From positions 4,413 to 68,412 of the forward strand of contig JBBRNE010000012.1 of NCBI GenBank assembly GCA_038230475.1: a DNA stretch of 64,000 bases. The letters run 5' to 3'. Positions 9,286-19,399 of the stretch are shown in pieces. Source of the DNA: Hyphomicrobiales bacterium. Its GTDB lineage: Bacteria > Pseudomonadota > Alphaproteobacteria > Rhizobiales > Xanthobacteraceae. Position 1 is the first letter of the stretch; each line of letters starts with the position of its first letter. The position numbers and the translations under genes were made by a program. The notes beneath the pieces were generated by a model that did no database searches, was not told the DNA's origin, and saw only the letters and a program-made list of their open reading frames with translations.

Positions 9286-10090
9286 CCAGTCCAAGCACAT
9301 CAGCCATCGTGTAGAAACCCGGCTTCTTGCCCTTGGCCCACATCGCCGCCTTCAGCGCGCCGCGCGCGAAGATCATGCGGTCTTCGGATTTATGCGCGAG
9401 TTCAATGCGCTCGTAAGGACCAGCGAAAATCACGGTGTGGTCGCCGGTCGACGTGCCGCCGCGCAACGTCGCAAAACCAATGTCACCGGCATTGCGCGAA
9501 CCCGTATGGCCGTCGCGCGAACGCACCGAGCGTTTTGTCAGATCGACGCCGCGTCCTTCGGCTGCAGACTTGCCAAGCAGATACGCCGTGCCGGAAGGTG
9601 CATCGATCTTGGCGCGGTGATGCATTTCGAGAATCTCGATGTCGAAATCCTCGTCCAAAGACTTTGCCACCTGCTTCACCAGCGCAGCCAGAAGATTGAC
9701 GCCGAGCGACATGTTGCCGGATTGGACAACGACGGCCTGCTTGGTGACACTCTTGATGACGGCATCGTCCGACGAAGAAAGCCCCGTGGTGCCGATGACG
9801 TGCACGATGCCACGTTGCGCGGCGATAGCCACATTGGCGATGGTCGCGGCTGGCACGGTGAAATCGAGAATGCCGTCGGCGCCCTTCGACATCGTCCACA
9901 GATCGCCGGAGAGTTCGACGCCGTTGGCGGGCAATCCAGCCAGAGCGCCCGCGTCCTGCCCGAGCAGTTCCGATGTTGGCGCCTCAAGTGCGCCAACCAG
10001 AACTGCGCCCGGCGTCTCGGAGATAGCGCGCACCAGAGTGCGGCCCATTCGGCCACCGGCTCCCGCCACGATCAGCTTCATATCGGACAT
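9278..10090 (-). CDS. dapB: 4-hydroxy-tetrahydrodipicolinate reductase
   Basis: [37 protein letters not shown]. Confidence 0.96.
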   Translation of the reverse strand: MSDMKLIVAGAGGRMGRTLVRAISETPGAVLVGALEAPTSELLGQDAGALAGLPANGVELSGDLWTMSKGADGILDFTVPAATIANVAIAAQRGIVHVIGTTGLSSSDDAVIKSVTKQAVVVQSGNMSLGVNLLAALVKQVAKSLDEDFDIEILEMHHRAKIDAPSGTAYLLGKSAAEGRGVDLTKRSVRSRDGHTGSRNAGDIGFATLRGGTSTGDHTVIFAGPYERIELAHKSEDRMIFARGALKAAMWAKGKKPGFYTMADVLGLGA

Positions 10091-10162
10091 CGTTCAAATC
10101 CCGGCAATTCAGGCCGGTATAGCGGGTGAAAACCGCTTTGTCAGTATGCGCTGCGGCAAGGC

Positions 10163-10468
10163 TTAAGGCTGCGGACCGTCATAGCCCTCGACAATGACGA
10201 GATCGTTCTCGGCATGCGGCTGGCGTTTTTTGACCAGCGCCTGATATTCCGGCGATTTGTAGCAGGCCAGCGCCGTCTCGTAGTCCTTGAATTCGATGAG
10301 GACGTTGCGTGAGCGCGACGTGCCTTCCGCGCTTTCGTACTTGCCGCCCCGCGTCAGGAACTTCGCGCCGAATTTGGCAAACACCGGCCCGTTGAAAGCG
10401 ACGTAGTCGCGTTTATACCCTTCGAGATCGTGCACATCGACGCGCGCCATCCAGTATCCCTTGGCCAT
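10163..10468 (-). CDS. DUF1330-type protein, copy 1
   Basis: KGYW..FLTRGG..EG..RNVLIEF..CYKSPEYQ..R..VEG pattern. Confidence 0.85.
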   Translation of the reverse strand: MAKGYWMARVDVHDLEGYKRDYVAFNGPVFAKFGAKFLTRGGKYESAEGTSRSRNVLIEFKDYETALACYKSPEYQALVKKRQPHAENDLVIVEGYDGPQP

Positions 10469-10495
10469 ATTATTCTCCGTGCTGTCTCGTTTCGA

Positions 10496-10798
10496 TCAAG
10501 GTTGCGGGCCGTCAAAGCCTTCGAGGATGGCAAGATCGAGGTCGGCATGAGAGGTACGCAGTGGGATGATGGCTTTGTAGTCGGGATCGGCATAGCAGGC
10601 CGCAGCAGTACAAGCGCCGGGAAATTCGATGACGACGATACGCGGCTTCATGTGGCCTTCGAGCAGATCGACCTTGCCGGCGCGAGACACATAGCTTGCG
10701 CCATACTTCTTGAGGATGTTCTGCAAAGCAGTTGTATATTTCTTGTATTCATCGGCGTTCTTCACGTCGACAAGAGCAAGCCAATAGCTTTTGGACAT
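10496..10798 (-). CDS. DUF1330-type protein, copy 2 (diverged tandem paralog)
   Basis: Same length and pattern (SYW..SRAG..LEG..RIVVIEF..CY.DPDY..R..LEGFDGPQP); shares the C-terminal DGPQP. Confidence 0.82.
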   Translation of the reverse strand: MSKSYWLALVDVKNADEYKKYTTALQNILKKYGASYVSRAGKVDLLEGHMKPRIVVIEFPGACTAAACYADPDYKAIIPLRTSHADLDLAILEGFDGPQP

Positions 10799-10810
10799 CT
10801 CAACCCCCTC

Positions 10811-11515
10811 TCACGGCGCGGCGTTCTGAATTTCTTCGACGATGGATTCCGCCGCAGCCTTCGGATCTTTTGCTTCGACGATGGGCCGCCCCACCACCAG
10901 ATAGTCCGCACCGGCAGCAATCGCCTTGGTCGGCGTCATGATGCGTTTCTGATCGCCGACCTCAGAGCCCGCAGGGCGAATGCCCGGCGTCACCAGCGTC
11001 ATTTGCATCCCGACAGTGCCGCGCACCGCGTCGGCTTCTTCCGCTGAACACACCAGACCGTCGATGCCGAGCGCCTGCGCCTGCAACGCGCGCGTCTCCA
11101 CCAACTCCGCAACGCCGAGACGAAATCCCGCCGCGTGCAGATCGTCGTCGTCGTAGGAGGTCAAAACCGTGACGCCAAGAATTTTTAAGTGATCGCCGCG
11201 CGCCTCGACCGCCGCCTGCATCGTCTGCGGATAGGCATGCACCGTGAGAAACGTCGCGCCCATCTTCGCAATATTCTGCACGCCTCTGGCAACGGTGTTG
11301 CCGATGTCATGGAGTTTGAGATCGATGAAAACCTTCTTGCCGCGATCCGCCAATTTTGAAACCAATGGCAAGCCGCCCGCATAGGCAAGTTGATATCCAA
11401 TCTTGTAGAAATTCACGCTGTCGCCGAGCGTCGCGATCAGCGCCTCGGCCGCTTCCGGGCTGGACAGATCGAGCGCGACGATGAGCCGGTCGCGATTTGC
11501 GATGTCATGTGTCAT
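10811..11515 (-). CDS. pyrF: Orotidine-5'-phosphate decarboxylase
   Basis: [32 protein letters not shown]. Confidence 0.96.
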   Translation of the reverse strand: MTHDIANRDRLIVALDLSSPEAAEALIATLGDSVNFYKIGYQLAYAGGLPLVSKLADRGKKVFIDLKLHDIGNTVARGVQNIAKMGATFLTVHAYPQTMQAAVEARGDHLKILGVTVLTSYDDDDLHAAGFRLGVAELVETRALQAQALGIDGLVCSAEEADAVRGTVGMQMTLVTPGIRPAGSEVGDQKRIMTPTKAIAAGADYLVVGRPIVEAKDPKAAAESIVEEIQNAAP

Positions 11516-11536
11516 GTGGATTGCGTCATCCCGCCC

Positions 11537-12118
11537 TCACATCATCTGCTGCGACACGGCAATGAGCTGGCGCACCGTGGCGCGCAGCAAATTCGCGTCG
11601 CTTTCATTCTTGAGCGCGCCCATGTCGTCGAACGCCTTGTCCGCATATGAAAGCCCCATCTGCGTCGGAATCACGGTCGCGCCGCACCCAAGTGCCAGAA
11701 TCTGGCGCAGCGCCATCAAAACGCGGACGCCGCCAAATTTACCATTAGACGCAGCGCCAATCGCAAAAGCACGCTCGCGAAACACTTGGCCTAATGTCTC
11801 GTTGCGTTCGCGCACCCGCGTCACCCAGTCGATGGTGTTTTTGACCAAAGGCGGCACCGACGAATTATATTCCGGCGTCACGATAAACACGCCGTGATGC
11901 GCGCCGATCATGCGTTTGAGATCGACCGCAACTTTGGGAACGCCGGAATTCGCCTCAAGGTCGCCGTCATAAATCGGCAGCGGAAAATCGCCAAGCGAGA
12001 TCAGCGTCACATCGACATCGGCCAGCGCCAATTCTTTCACGACCGCGGCCGCAAGCTGCGCGTTCAGCGAACCTGTGCGGAGCGAGCCTGGAATGACGAG
12101 AATTTTAAGCGCGGCCAT
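11537..12118 (-). CDS. NADPH-dependent FMN reductase
   Basis: GSLRTGSLN, LPIYDGD, TPEYNSSVPPLVKNTIDW. Confidence 0.9.
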   Translation of the reverse strand: MAALKILVIPGSLRTGSLNAQLAAAVVKELALADVDVTLISLGDFPLPIYDGDLEANSGVPKVAVDLKRMIGAHHGVFIVTPEYNSSVPPLVKNTIDWVTRVRERNETLGQVFRERAFAIGAASNGKFGGVRVLMALRQILALGCGATVIPTQMGLSYADKAFDDMGALKNESDANLLRATVRQLIAVSQQMM

Positions 12119-12171
12119 TTATGAAGGCAGCCTGTTCACCGCAGCGGGAGAGAGCGTAGCGTGGTTGCCGC

Positions 12172-12771
12172 TCACCCCTTGCGATACACCCACACGCGCG
12201 CGGGCGGAAGGTTCATCCAAATCCGCTCGGACGCCTGGGTCATGACACCCGGCTGCGATTTCGGAATCGGCGGCGCGACGGAATAAGTGAACTGGATGAA
12301 CGGCGCGCCGGGCTCAAGCTTCATAAACGCATCGCGCATCAGCTTGACGCGGATCATCATCGGCTTGGTGACGATCGGAAGTCCCGACACCATTGCCGAA
12401 CCGGGTTCAGATAATTCTGCGAGAGTCTTGTCGAGATTGTAAGCGTCGCCCTGAATCACCGTCGCTTGCGGATAACGCTCACGCAGCAGCGCGCAGAAAC
12501 CGGGATCGAATTCCACCAGCACGAGACGTTTTTCGGCCACGCCGCGCTTGAGCAGCGCGTCGGTGATCGCGCCGGTGCCGGGGCCGAGTTCAATGACGGG
12601 AGCTGTAGACTGGGTTTCGACATAGCTCGCAACCGTGCGGGCCAAAACCTTGCCCGATGGCATCACCGCGCCCATGTGCAACGGCTTTTCGATCCATGAA
12701 CGGAGGAAGCGGACCTCGTCGTCGAGGCGGAGCGGCTTCTTCAGCGCACGCGCGGCGGATTGCGGAGCCAT
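12172..12771 (-). CDS. pmtA: Phospholipid N-methyltransferase PmtA
   Basis: GAVMPSG, VIELGPGTG, FIQFTY, NLPPARVWVY; position downstream of dnaKJ as in Bradyrhizobium. Confidence 0.88.
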   Translation of the reverse strand: MAPQSAARALKKPLRLDDEVRFLRSWIEKPLHMGAVMPSGKVLARTVASYVETQSTAPVIELGPGTGAITDALLKRGVAEKRLVLVEFDPGFCALLRERYPQATVIQGDAYNLDKTLAELSEPGSAMVSGLPIVTKPMMIRVKLMRDAFMKLEPGAPFIQFTYSVAPPIPKSQPGVMTQASERIWMNLPPARVWVYRKG

Positions 12772-12827
12772 TTTACTTCCAGGAGGGCCCGAAGGGAGGG
12801 CGGGACGTCAAATTTCCTTCACAAAGG

Positions 12828-12855
12828 GGTATAGACGCAAGCAAAAACCGTCAAG
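12828..12855 (-). promoter_or_regulatory. Candidate promoter for pmtA (CTTG-N17-CTATACC)
   Basis: Minus strand reads cttgacggtttttgcttgcgtctatacc in the dnaJ-pmtA gap. Confidence 0.5.
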
Positions 12856-12863
12856 GAATTGAC

Positions 12864-14003
12864 TTAGGGCGTATTCGTCTTGGTGCCGAAGAAGTCCTTG
12901 ACCATCTTGAAGAAACCCGCAGCCTCGGGTTGGGTTTCACCCGAAGACAGCTTTTCGAACTCTGCGAGCAGGTCTTTTTGCTTTTTGGTGAGATTCTGTG
13001 GCGTTTCGACCACGACCTGGACGTACATATCGCCCGTCTGCCGCGACCGCAGCACTGGCATGCCTTTCGAGGCAATCCTGAAACGACGCCCGGACTGGGT
13101 ACCGGACGGCACTTTGACCTTGGTTTTGGTCTTGTCGATGGACGGTACTTCAAACTCGCCACCCATCGTCGCCGTCACCATCGAGATGGGAACGCGGCAA
13201 TGCAGATCCGCGCCGTCGCGCTGGAAGAATTTATGCGCCGTGAGCGACAGAAAAATATAAAGATCGCCGGGAGGGCCGCCCTGAACACCGGCTTCGCCTT
13301 CACCCGCAAGACGAATGCGCGTGCCGTCCTCGACGCCCTGCGGAATGTTGACCGACAGCGCGCGGTCTTTCTGGACGCGACCCTGACCCGCACACGACGG
13401 GCATGGGCTCTCGATAAACTGTCCGCGTCCATGACAAGCCGAGCATGTCCGCTCCATGGTGAAGAAGCCCTGGCTATGCCGCGTGCGTCCCGCGCCACCG
13501 CACGTCGGACATGTCTTCGGCTTGGTGCCGGCTTTCGCTCCGGTGCCGGAACATTGCTCGCACGTGACAGCCACAGGAATGTTGATCTGCGCGGTCTTGC
13601 CGGCGAACGATTCCTCTAAAGTGATTTCCATATTGTAGCGTAAATCAGCGCCACGCTCGCGGCCGCCGCGTCCACCACGCTGCCCGGCCATGCCGAACAG
13701 GTCTTCGAAAATATCCGAGAAGGATGACGCAAAGCCCGACCCGAAACCGGGACCGCCGCCCATTCCGCCGGTGCCCTGCTCGAACGCAGCATGACCGAAG
13801 CGGTCATAAGCAGCGCGCTTCTGACCGTCTTTCAGAATGTCGTAGGCTTCGGAGATTTCCTTGAATTTATGTTCGCAGGACGGATCGCCCGGATTTTTGT
13901 CCGGATGCCATTTCACCGCGAGCTTGCGGAACGCCGTTTTCAGTCCGGCGTCGTCGATCGTGCGCTCGACCTCGAGCGTCTCGTAGAAACAGGTCTTAGC
14001 CAT
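12864..14003 (-). CDS. dnaJ: Chaperone DnaJ
   Basis: J domain with HPD, G/F-rich region, four CxxCxGxG repeats. Confidence 0.98.
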   Translation of the reverse strand: MAKTCFYETLEVERTIDDAGLKTAFRKLAVKWHPDKNPGDPSCEHKFKEISEAYDILKDGQKRAAYDRFGHAAFEQGTGGMGGGPGFGSGFASSFSDIFEDLFGMAGQRGGRGGRERGADLRYNMEITLEESFAGKTAQINIPVAVTCEQCSGTGAKAGTKPKTCPTCGGAGRTRHSQGFFTMERTCSACHGRGQFIESPCPSCAGQGRVQKDRALSVNIPQGVEDGTRIRLAGEGEAGVQGGPPGDLYIFLSLTAHKFFQRDGADLHCRVPISMVTATMGGEFEVPSIDKTKTKVKVPSGTQSGRRFRIASKGMPVLRSRQTGDMYVQVVVETPQNLTKKQKDLLAEFEKLSSGETQPEAAGFFKMVKDFFGTKTNTP

Positions 14004-14055
14004 TTTCGATCTGCAACATGCGAGCCAAAATTTTACGGGCCTTCAGGATCAAACA

Positions 14056-14081
14056 AAACCTCCCCCGCAAGGGGGAGGTTT
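14056..14081 (-). terminator. Intrinsic terminator-like hairpin between dnaK and dnaJ
   Basis: Perfect 11-bp stem aaacctccccc-gcaa-gggggaggttt, followed on the minus strand by a T-rich tract (ttttgtttg). Confidence 0.7.
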
Positions 14082-14093
14082 CGGTGAGACGCG

Positions 14094-16001
14094 TTACGCC
14101 GACTTCTTGTTCTTCTTATCGTCGTCGTCGTCGACTTCGGTGAATTCGGCGTCGACAACGTCATCCTTGGCGGCATCCTTTTTCGCATCGGCTTCCGCCT
14201 GCTGCGTGTACATGGCCTCGCCGAGTTTCATCGACGCCTGCGCGAGCGTGTTGGACTTGGTTTTGATGCCTTCGGCATCGTCGCCCTTCAACGCTTCCTT
14301 CAAGTCAGCCAAGGCATCTTCAATGGCCTTGCGCTCAGGCTCACCGACCTTGTCGCCATGCTCGGCCAGCGCCTTCTCGGTAGAATGCACCAGCGCGTCC
14401 GCATGGTTCTTGGCGTCGACCGCCTCGCGGCGCTTCTTGTCGTCGGCCGCATTGGCTTCGGCGTCCTTGACCATCTTCTCGATGTCGCTTTCCGACAATC
14501 CACCGGATGCCTGAATGCGAATCTGCTGTTCTTTATTGGTCGCCTTGTCCTTCGCCGACACATTGACGATGCCGTTGGCGTCGATGTCGAACGTGACTTC
14601 GATCTGCGGCATGCCGCGCGGTGCCGGCGGAATTCCCATCAAGTCGAACTGACCGAGCGCCTTGTTGTCAGCGGCCATCTCGCGTTCGCCCTGGAACACG
14701 CGAATGGTGACGGCACCCTGATTGTCTTCTGCAGTCGAGAACACCTGACCTTTTTTGGTCGGGATCGTGGTGTTGCGCTCGATGATGCGCGTGAACACGC
14801 CACCCAGCGTTTCAATGCCGAGCGACAAGGGCGTTACGTCGAGCAACAGCACGTCCTTGACGTCGCCCTGCAACACGCCGGCCTGAATCGCTGCACCGAT
14901 CGCAACCACTTCGTCCGGGTTGACGCCCTTGTGCGGCTCTTTACCGAACAGTTGCTTCACGACTTCCTGAACCTTCGGCATACGCGACATGCCGCCGACC
15001 AGAACAACCTCGTTGATCTCAGCAGCCGAAAGACCTGCGTCCTTCAGCGCCTTGCGACATGGCTCAACCGTCTTCTGAACCAGATCGTCAACCAGCGCTT
15101 CGAATTTTGCGCGCGTCAACTTCATGGTCAGATGTTTTGGGCCCGATGCGTCCGCCGTGATGAACGGCAGGTTGATTTCGGTCTGTGTCGTGGACGACAG
15201 TTCGATCTTGGCTTTTTCAGCGGCTTCCTTCAGGCGCTGCAGGGCAAGCTTGTCGTTACGAAGATTGATGCCCTGCTCTTTCTGGAATTCATCGGCGAGA
15301 TAGCCGACCAGACGCATGTCGAAATCTTCACCGCCGAGGAACGTATCGCCGTTGGTGGATTTCACTTCGAACACGCCGTCGCCGATCTCCAAGATCGAGA
15401 CGTCGAACGTGCCGCCGCCCAGATCATAAACCGCGATGGTGCCCTGCTTGGTCTTGTCGAGACCGTAAGCGAGTGCCGCAGCCGTCGGCTCGTTGATGAT
15501 GCGCAACACTTCGAGACCGGCGATCTTGCCGGCATCTTTCGTCGCCTGACGTTGCGCGTCGTTGAAGTACGCAGGCACGGTGATGACCGCTTGATCGACC
15601 TTCTGGCCGAGATGAGCTTCTGCGGTCTCTTTCATCTTCTGCAAAATGAATGCGGAGACTTGTGAGGGCGAATAGCTCTGCTTGTCGGCTTCGACCCATG
15701 CGTCGCCGTTCGATGCCTTCACGATTTTATAGGGGACGAGTTTCTTGTCCTTCTCCACCGTCGGATCGTCGTAACGGCGGCCGATGAGGCGCTTGACGGC
15801 GAAGATGGTGTTTTCCGGATTTGTCACAGCCTGACGCTTGGCCGGCTGGCCGACGAGGCGCTCTGCGTCATCGGTGAAGGCGACGATGGACGGGGTCGTC
15901 CGCATGCCTTCGGCGTTCTCGATGACTTTGGCGTTCTTGCCGTCCATGACGGCAACGCACGAATTCGTCGTGCCGAGGTCGATCCCAATGACCTTTCCCA
16001 T
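14094..16001 (-). CDS. dnaK: Chaperone DnaK
   Basis: [30 protein letters not shown]; full-length Hsp70. Confidence 0.99.
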   Translation of the reverse strand: MGKVIGIDLGTTNSCVAVMDGKNAKVIENAEGMRTTPSIVAFTDDAERLVGQPAKRQAVTNPENTIFAVKRLIGRRYDDPTVEKDKKLVPYKIVKASNGDAWVEADKQSYSPSQVSAFILQKMKETAEAHLGQKVDQAVITVPAYFNDAQRQATKDAGKIAGLEVLRIINEPTAAALAYGLDKTKQGTIAVYDLGGGTFDVSILEIGDGVFEVKSTNGDTFLGGEDFDMRLVGYLADEFQKEQGINLRNDKLALQRLKEAAEKAKIELSSTTQTEINLPFITADASGPKHLTMKLTRAKFEALVDDLVQKTVEPCRKALKDAGLSAAEINEVVLVGGMSRMPKVQEVVKQLFGKEPHKGVNPDEVVAIGAAIQAGVLQGDVKDVLLLDVTPLSLGIETLGGVFTRIIERNTTIPTKKGQVFSTAEDNQGAVTIRVFQGEREMAADNKALGQFDLMGIPPAPRGMPQIEVTFDIDANGIVNVSAKDKATNKEQQIRIQASGGLSESDIEKMVKDAEANAADDKKRREAVDAKNHADALVHSTEKALAEHGDKVGEPERKAIEDALADLKEALKGDDAEGIKTKSNTLAQASMKLGEAMYTQQAEADAKKDAAKDDVVDAEFTEVDDDDDKKNKKSA

Positions 16002-16129
16002 GGTCCTTCAATCCTTCTTTTTGCGGCAGGTTGGCCGGGCCCTGACGGCGCACCAATCCAACCCCCAAGAGTTTTACTGAGTGTTACTCAAACGTTCGAA
16101 AATCACGCGCTTGCGCGACGCTCCGCCTC

Positions 16130-16157
16130 ATATAGGAGGGTGACATAGCGCCGCAAG
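16130..16157 (-). promoter_or_regulatory. RpoH (sigma32)-type promoter of dnaK
   Basis: Minus strand CTTG-cggcgctatgtcaccct(17)-CCTATAT matches the alphaproteobacterial RpoH consensus. Confidence 0.75.
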
Positions 16158-16192
16158 GACCGCAGCGCATCAGCCCCCGAAAACATCGAGAT

Positions 16193-17464
16193 TTATGCGG
16201 GTGCAACCGTCGTTTTGGGTTGAATTTTGAGCCGCCAAATCAGGTAGCCGATGAAGACCGGAGCCACCAGCGCAGGTCCCGGCACGTGATAAGTCCCGAG
16301 CGCCAGTTGAAGCGCCGGAATCCAGAACACCAATTGCGCCAGCCGCCGCCCCGAACTGTCCAGTTGGCCGGTCGCCAGCAAAATCACGGCGGCAAAAGTC
16401 AACGGCACGAGGTCGTAGGACAACAAATATGGCGAGGCGCAAACCGTGCAGGCGAAAAATAATGCCCGCACGATCGCGGGGTTGGTGTCACGCCGCGACG
16501 CAGATGCCCAGATCAGCGCCCCGACGGCGAAAATTGAGAACACCGCCTGCACCGACATCGCCAGCACGTAAGAAATATTCAACCCGCGCAGGTTCATGAA
16601 CACGGTCGGGAAAAACGGCGTTGCGATCCGGTCGGGATCGGCCAGCACAAGTCCCTGCACTGGCAATCCATTGACAATAAAATCTCTCCAGACCTGAACG
16701 CCGAAAATCGCCGTGGTCATCGCGACAAGCGCAATCGCCGTGATCGCGGCGGCAAAGAACACGCGCCAGCGTCCCGAGGCGATCAGCAAAATTGGAAACA
16801 GCAGTCCAAGCTGCGGCTTGATCGTGAGCAGCCCGATCAGACATCCCGCGATCAGCGGGCGACGGTCCAACAAGGCGAAGACCGCAATCAAAAGTGCGCT
16901 GGTGAGGAACGCGCTCTGACCTGAAATCAAACACATCAAAGCCGCAGGCGACAGCAACACCGGAATGAGGGCGCGCCAGTCTGAGACCTCGCGCTTTGCA
17001 ACGGCGGCGAATAACGCGACGCCCATCACAGTCCACAGCGAGAGCGCTGCGAGATAGCCCAGTTTCCCGAACGGTGCCGCGAGCAGTATGATGCTCGGCG
17101 GGTATGACCAGTTCTGTCCGTTGAGGTCATAGCCAACGAGTTCGCGGATCGCGTGGTGATAGGTCGCGATGTCGTAGAACGCACTCGGATTGCTGCTCCA
17201 CGCCGCGCGCCCATACATCCAAAAATTCAGAAAGTCGCGGCCGACCGCCAAGGACGTCCCGTCGCACGGGATGGTCGTGGTCCAGGTAATGGTGGCGACA
17301 TAGGCGATCGCGGTGAGAAAAAACAACGCGCTGCCGAACAGCAGCAGATCGCGATAGATATTTTTATCCTCAGCGCCGAGACTCGACGGCAGCCAAGCAT
17401 CGATCCGCCGCTTCAACCGGGCATTCAACGCACCCTGCGTCCTCATGAGGATTTGATCTGTCAT
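16193..17464 (-). CDS. GT87/DUF2029-type polytopic membrane glycosyltransferase (GT-C)
   Basis: GRDFLNFW, WSYPP, GQSAFL, LLTIKPQLGLL, SPYLLSYD; about 10 TM segments. Confidence 0.82.
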   Translation of the reverse strand: MTDQILMRTQGALNARLKRRIDAWLPSSLGAEDKNIYRDLLLFGSALFFLTAIAYVATITWTTTIPCDGTSLAVGRDFLNFWMYGRAAWSSNPSAFYDIATYHHAIRELVGYDLNGQNWSYPPSIILLAAPFGKLGYLAALSLWTVMGVALFAAVAKREVSDWRALIPVLLSPAALMCLISGQSAFLTSALLIAVFALLDRRPLIAGCLIGLLTIKPQLGLLFPILLIASGRWRVFFAAAITAIALVAMTTAIFGVQVWRDFIVNGLPVQGLVLADPDRIATPFFPTVFMNLRGLNISYVLAMSVQAVFSIFAVGALIWASASRRDTNPAIVRALFFACTVCASPYLLSYDLVPLTFAAVILLATGQLDSSGRRLAQLVFWIPALQLALGTYHVPGPALVAPVFIGYLIWRLKIQPKTTVAPA

Positions 17465-17628
17465 TCTTCCTGAAATGACGGAAAACCTTTAAGGAGCGGT
17501 AATTTCGCCCGCAGCTTCTGACTTCATGCAGCAAATCGGGGCTTGATCTGTTGGCGGCAGACCTGTTGCTTGGCGCGGAAACAGGCCGCCATCATCGAAC
17601 GGCCTCAATGATCCAACAGTCAGGTTCC

Positions 17629-18588
17629 ATGAAAAACGTCGTCAGCCAATATATTCGCTTTGGTCTTCGTCTTTTTGCCTTCGCATCGATCCTGACCGCT
17701 GCCGCTGCGGCCCATGCCGAGGACCCTATTTTTCCGCCAGGCGCACGCGTCGGCCTCGTGCCGCCTGCCGGCGTGACGTTGTCCAAGGAATTTCTGGGAT
17801 TCGAAAACGAAGACAAAAGCATCAAGTTCGGGATCGCGGAAATTCCGGTGGCTGCATATGAAGCCGTCGAGACTGCGTTCAAGGAAGGCAAGCCGACAGT
17901 CACCGGCAACAAGGTCGAACAGATCAAGGCGGCGGCGGGCGATGCCTACATCACGACGGAAACGCGCAAGGAAGACGACAAAAGTTTCAAGACCTATTCG
18001 CTGATCGCAAAGAGCGACAAGATTTCTGCATACGTCATTGCGCAGTTGCGCGAAGGGGTCGCCAACGTTCCGTCCGATGCAGACATCCGCAAGGCGCTGG
18101 CAACGACAGCCATCCGCGGCGAAGTGCCGTTGGCCGAACAATTGAGCCTGCTACCTTTCAAACTCAATGAATTGAGCGGCTTCAAAACCGTGCGCAATCT
18201 CGCATTGAATGCCTCGGTGCTGCTCACAGACGGCACCGAAGATACCCAACTCGACGGCGCGCCCTATATGGTGATCGGCACGATTCCAGCTTCAGCCGAA
18301 TCGCAGGACGACCGAGCGCGGTTTGCCGAGCAAGCCGCGCGCACAATTCCCGGCATACGCAATGGGCGCATGACGGGCAACGAGCCGATTCGTATCGACG
18401 GCACACCGGGATTCGAGACGCGCGTCGACGCCGTGACAGGAAAGAACGACACACCGGTGACTATCGTGCAGTGGCTGCGCTTCGGCAGCGGTGCAACGCT
18501 TCGGATTATCGCAAGCTCGACAAAAGACGAATGGCCGAAGGCGTTTCCGCGTTTTCGCGCGGTCCGCGACGGCATTGCGCCGAAATAA
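17629..18588 (+). CDS. Secreted/periplasmic hypothetical protein
   Basis: Signal peptide ending AHA|E; uninterrupted 319-codon ORF ending at a repeat element. Confidence 0.8.
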   Translation: MKNVVSQYIRFGLRLFAFASILTAAAAAHAEDPIFPPGARVGLVPPAGVTLSKEFLGFENEDKSIKFGIAEIPVAAYEAVETAFKEGKPTVTGNKVEQIKAAAGDAYITTETRKEDDKSFKTYSLIAKSDKISAYVIAQLREGVANVPSDADIRKALATTAIRGEVPLAEQLSLLPFKLNELSGFKTVRNLALNASVLLTDGTEDTQLDGAPYMVIGTIPASAESQDDRARFAEQAARTIPGIRNGRMTGNEPIRIDGTPGFETRVDAVTGKNDTPVTIVQWLRFGSGATLRIIASSTKDEWPKAFPRFRAVRDGIAPK

Positions 18589-18592
18589 TCGC

Positions 18593-18663
18593 CGTCATTG
18601 CGCGCGAAGCAAAGCAATCCATAAAGCGCTGGATCGTTTCGGAGCTTCGCTCCTCGCAATAAC
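18593..18663. repeat. Family A repeat, copy 3 (degenerate)
   Basis: cgtcattgcgcgcgaagcaaagcaatcca..tggatcgtttc..ctcgcaataac; between convergent genes. Confidence 0.85.
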
Positions 18664-18673
18664 TAAAATTGAA

Positions 18674-19306
18674 CTATGACGATAAATCCTGCGCCGCCGA
18701 CGGCGCGGGCTTCGCGCCGCCCTTGGCGATGGCCACGAGAGCCGGCCGCAGCACGCGTTCGCCGATCGTATAACCGGACTGAATGACTTGCACGACGGTG
18801 CCGGACGCGACCGACGAATCCGGCACTTCATACATCGCCTGATGAAAATTCGGATCGAACTTGTCATTGAGCGGATCGAGCTTCTGCACGCCGTTCTTCT
18901 CGAGCGTCTTGTGCAGCGAGCGCTCGGTCAGTTCGACGCCTTCAATAAGAGCCTTGAGGCCGGGATCGGCGGCATCTCGCGCTTCCTGCGGCACGGCATC
19001 GAGCGCACGTTGAAGATTGTCGGCAATGTCGAGCACATCGCGCGCAAACGCTGCGATTCCATAGGCGCGCGCGTCGGTCACTTCCTTGGCGGTGCGCTTG
19101 CGGAGATTTTCCATCTCGGCCAGCGTGCGAAGCATCTTGTCCTTGGCATCCGCGATGTCCTTGGTCAGCGCCTCGACCGATCCTTCTTCAGGATCGTCCG
19201 GCATAATATAAGGCTTGGAAACCACCGGCTCCTTGTCGTTGGCCGGCTGCGCGCCATTTTGCGCGGCGGTCTCCGGATTGGTCTTTTGCCCGTTTGAATC
19301 GGCCAT
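18674..19306 (-). CDS. grpE: Nucleotide exchange factor GrpE
   Basis: LRTLAEMENLRKR, FDPNFHQAM, GYTIGERVLRPALV. Confidence 0.96.
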   Translation of the reverse strand: MADSNGQKTNPETAAQNGAQPANDKEPVVSKPYIMPDDPEEGSVEALTKDIADAKDKMLRTLAEMENLRKRTAKEVTDARAYGIAAFARDVLDIADNLQRALDAVPQEARDAADPGLKALIEGVELTERSLHKTLEKNGVQKLDPLNDKFDPNFHQAMYEVPDSSVASGTVVQVIQSGYTIGERVLRPALVAIAKGGAKPAPSAAQDLSS

Positions 19307-19357
19307 CACGCACCTTCTCGGCAATCATCGTCTTGAATGGGGGAATTGTTATGCCGG

Positions 19358-19386
19358 ATATCGTGGTTTAGGCCGCGAAAATCAAG
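19358..19386 (-). promoter_or_regulatory. Candidate RpoH-type promoter of grpE
   Basis: Minus strand CTTG-N18-ACGATAT in the hrcA-grpE gap. Confidence 0.45.
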
Positions 19387-19399
19387 CCGTTTAGTGCGG

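Noticed and set aside
14358-15665. 435-aa ORF antisense to dnaK
   Set aside because: A typical antisense shadow of a strongly codon-biased gene, with no motifs or RBS.
16078-16090. TGAGT-gtt-ACTCA palindrome upstream of dnaK as a CIRCE element
   Set aside because: It does not fit TTAGCACTC-N9-GAGTGCTAA; only one half is weakly similar. I saw no CIRCE near hrcA, grpE or dnaK.
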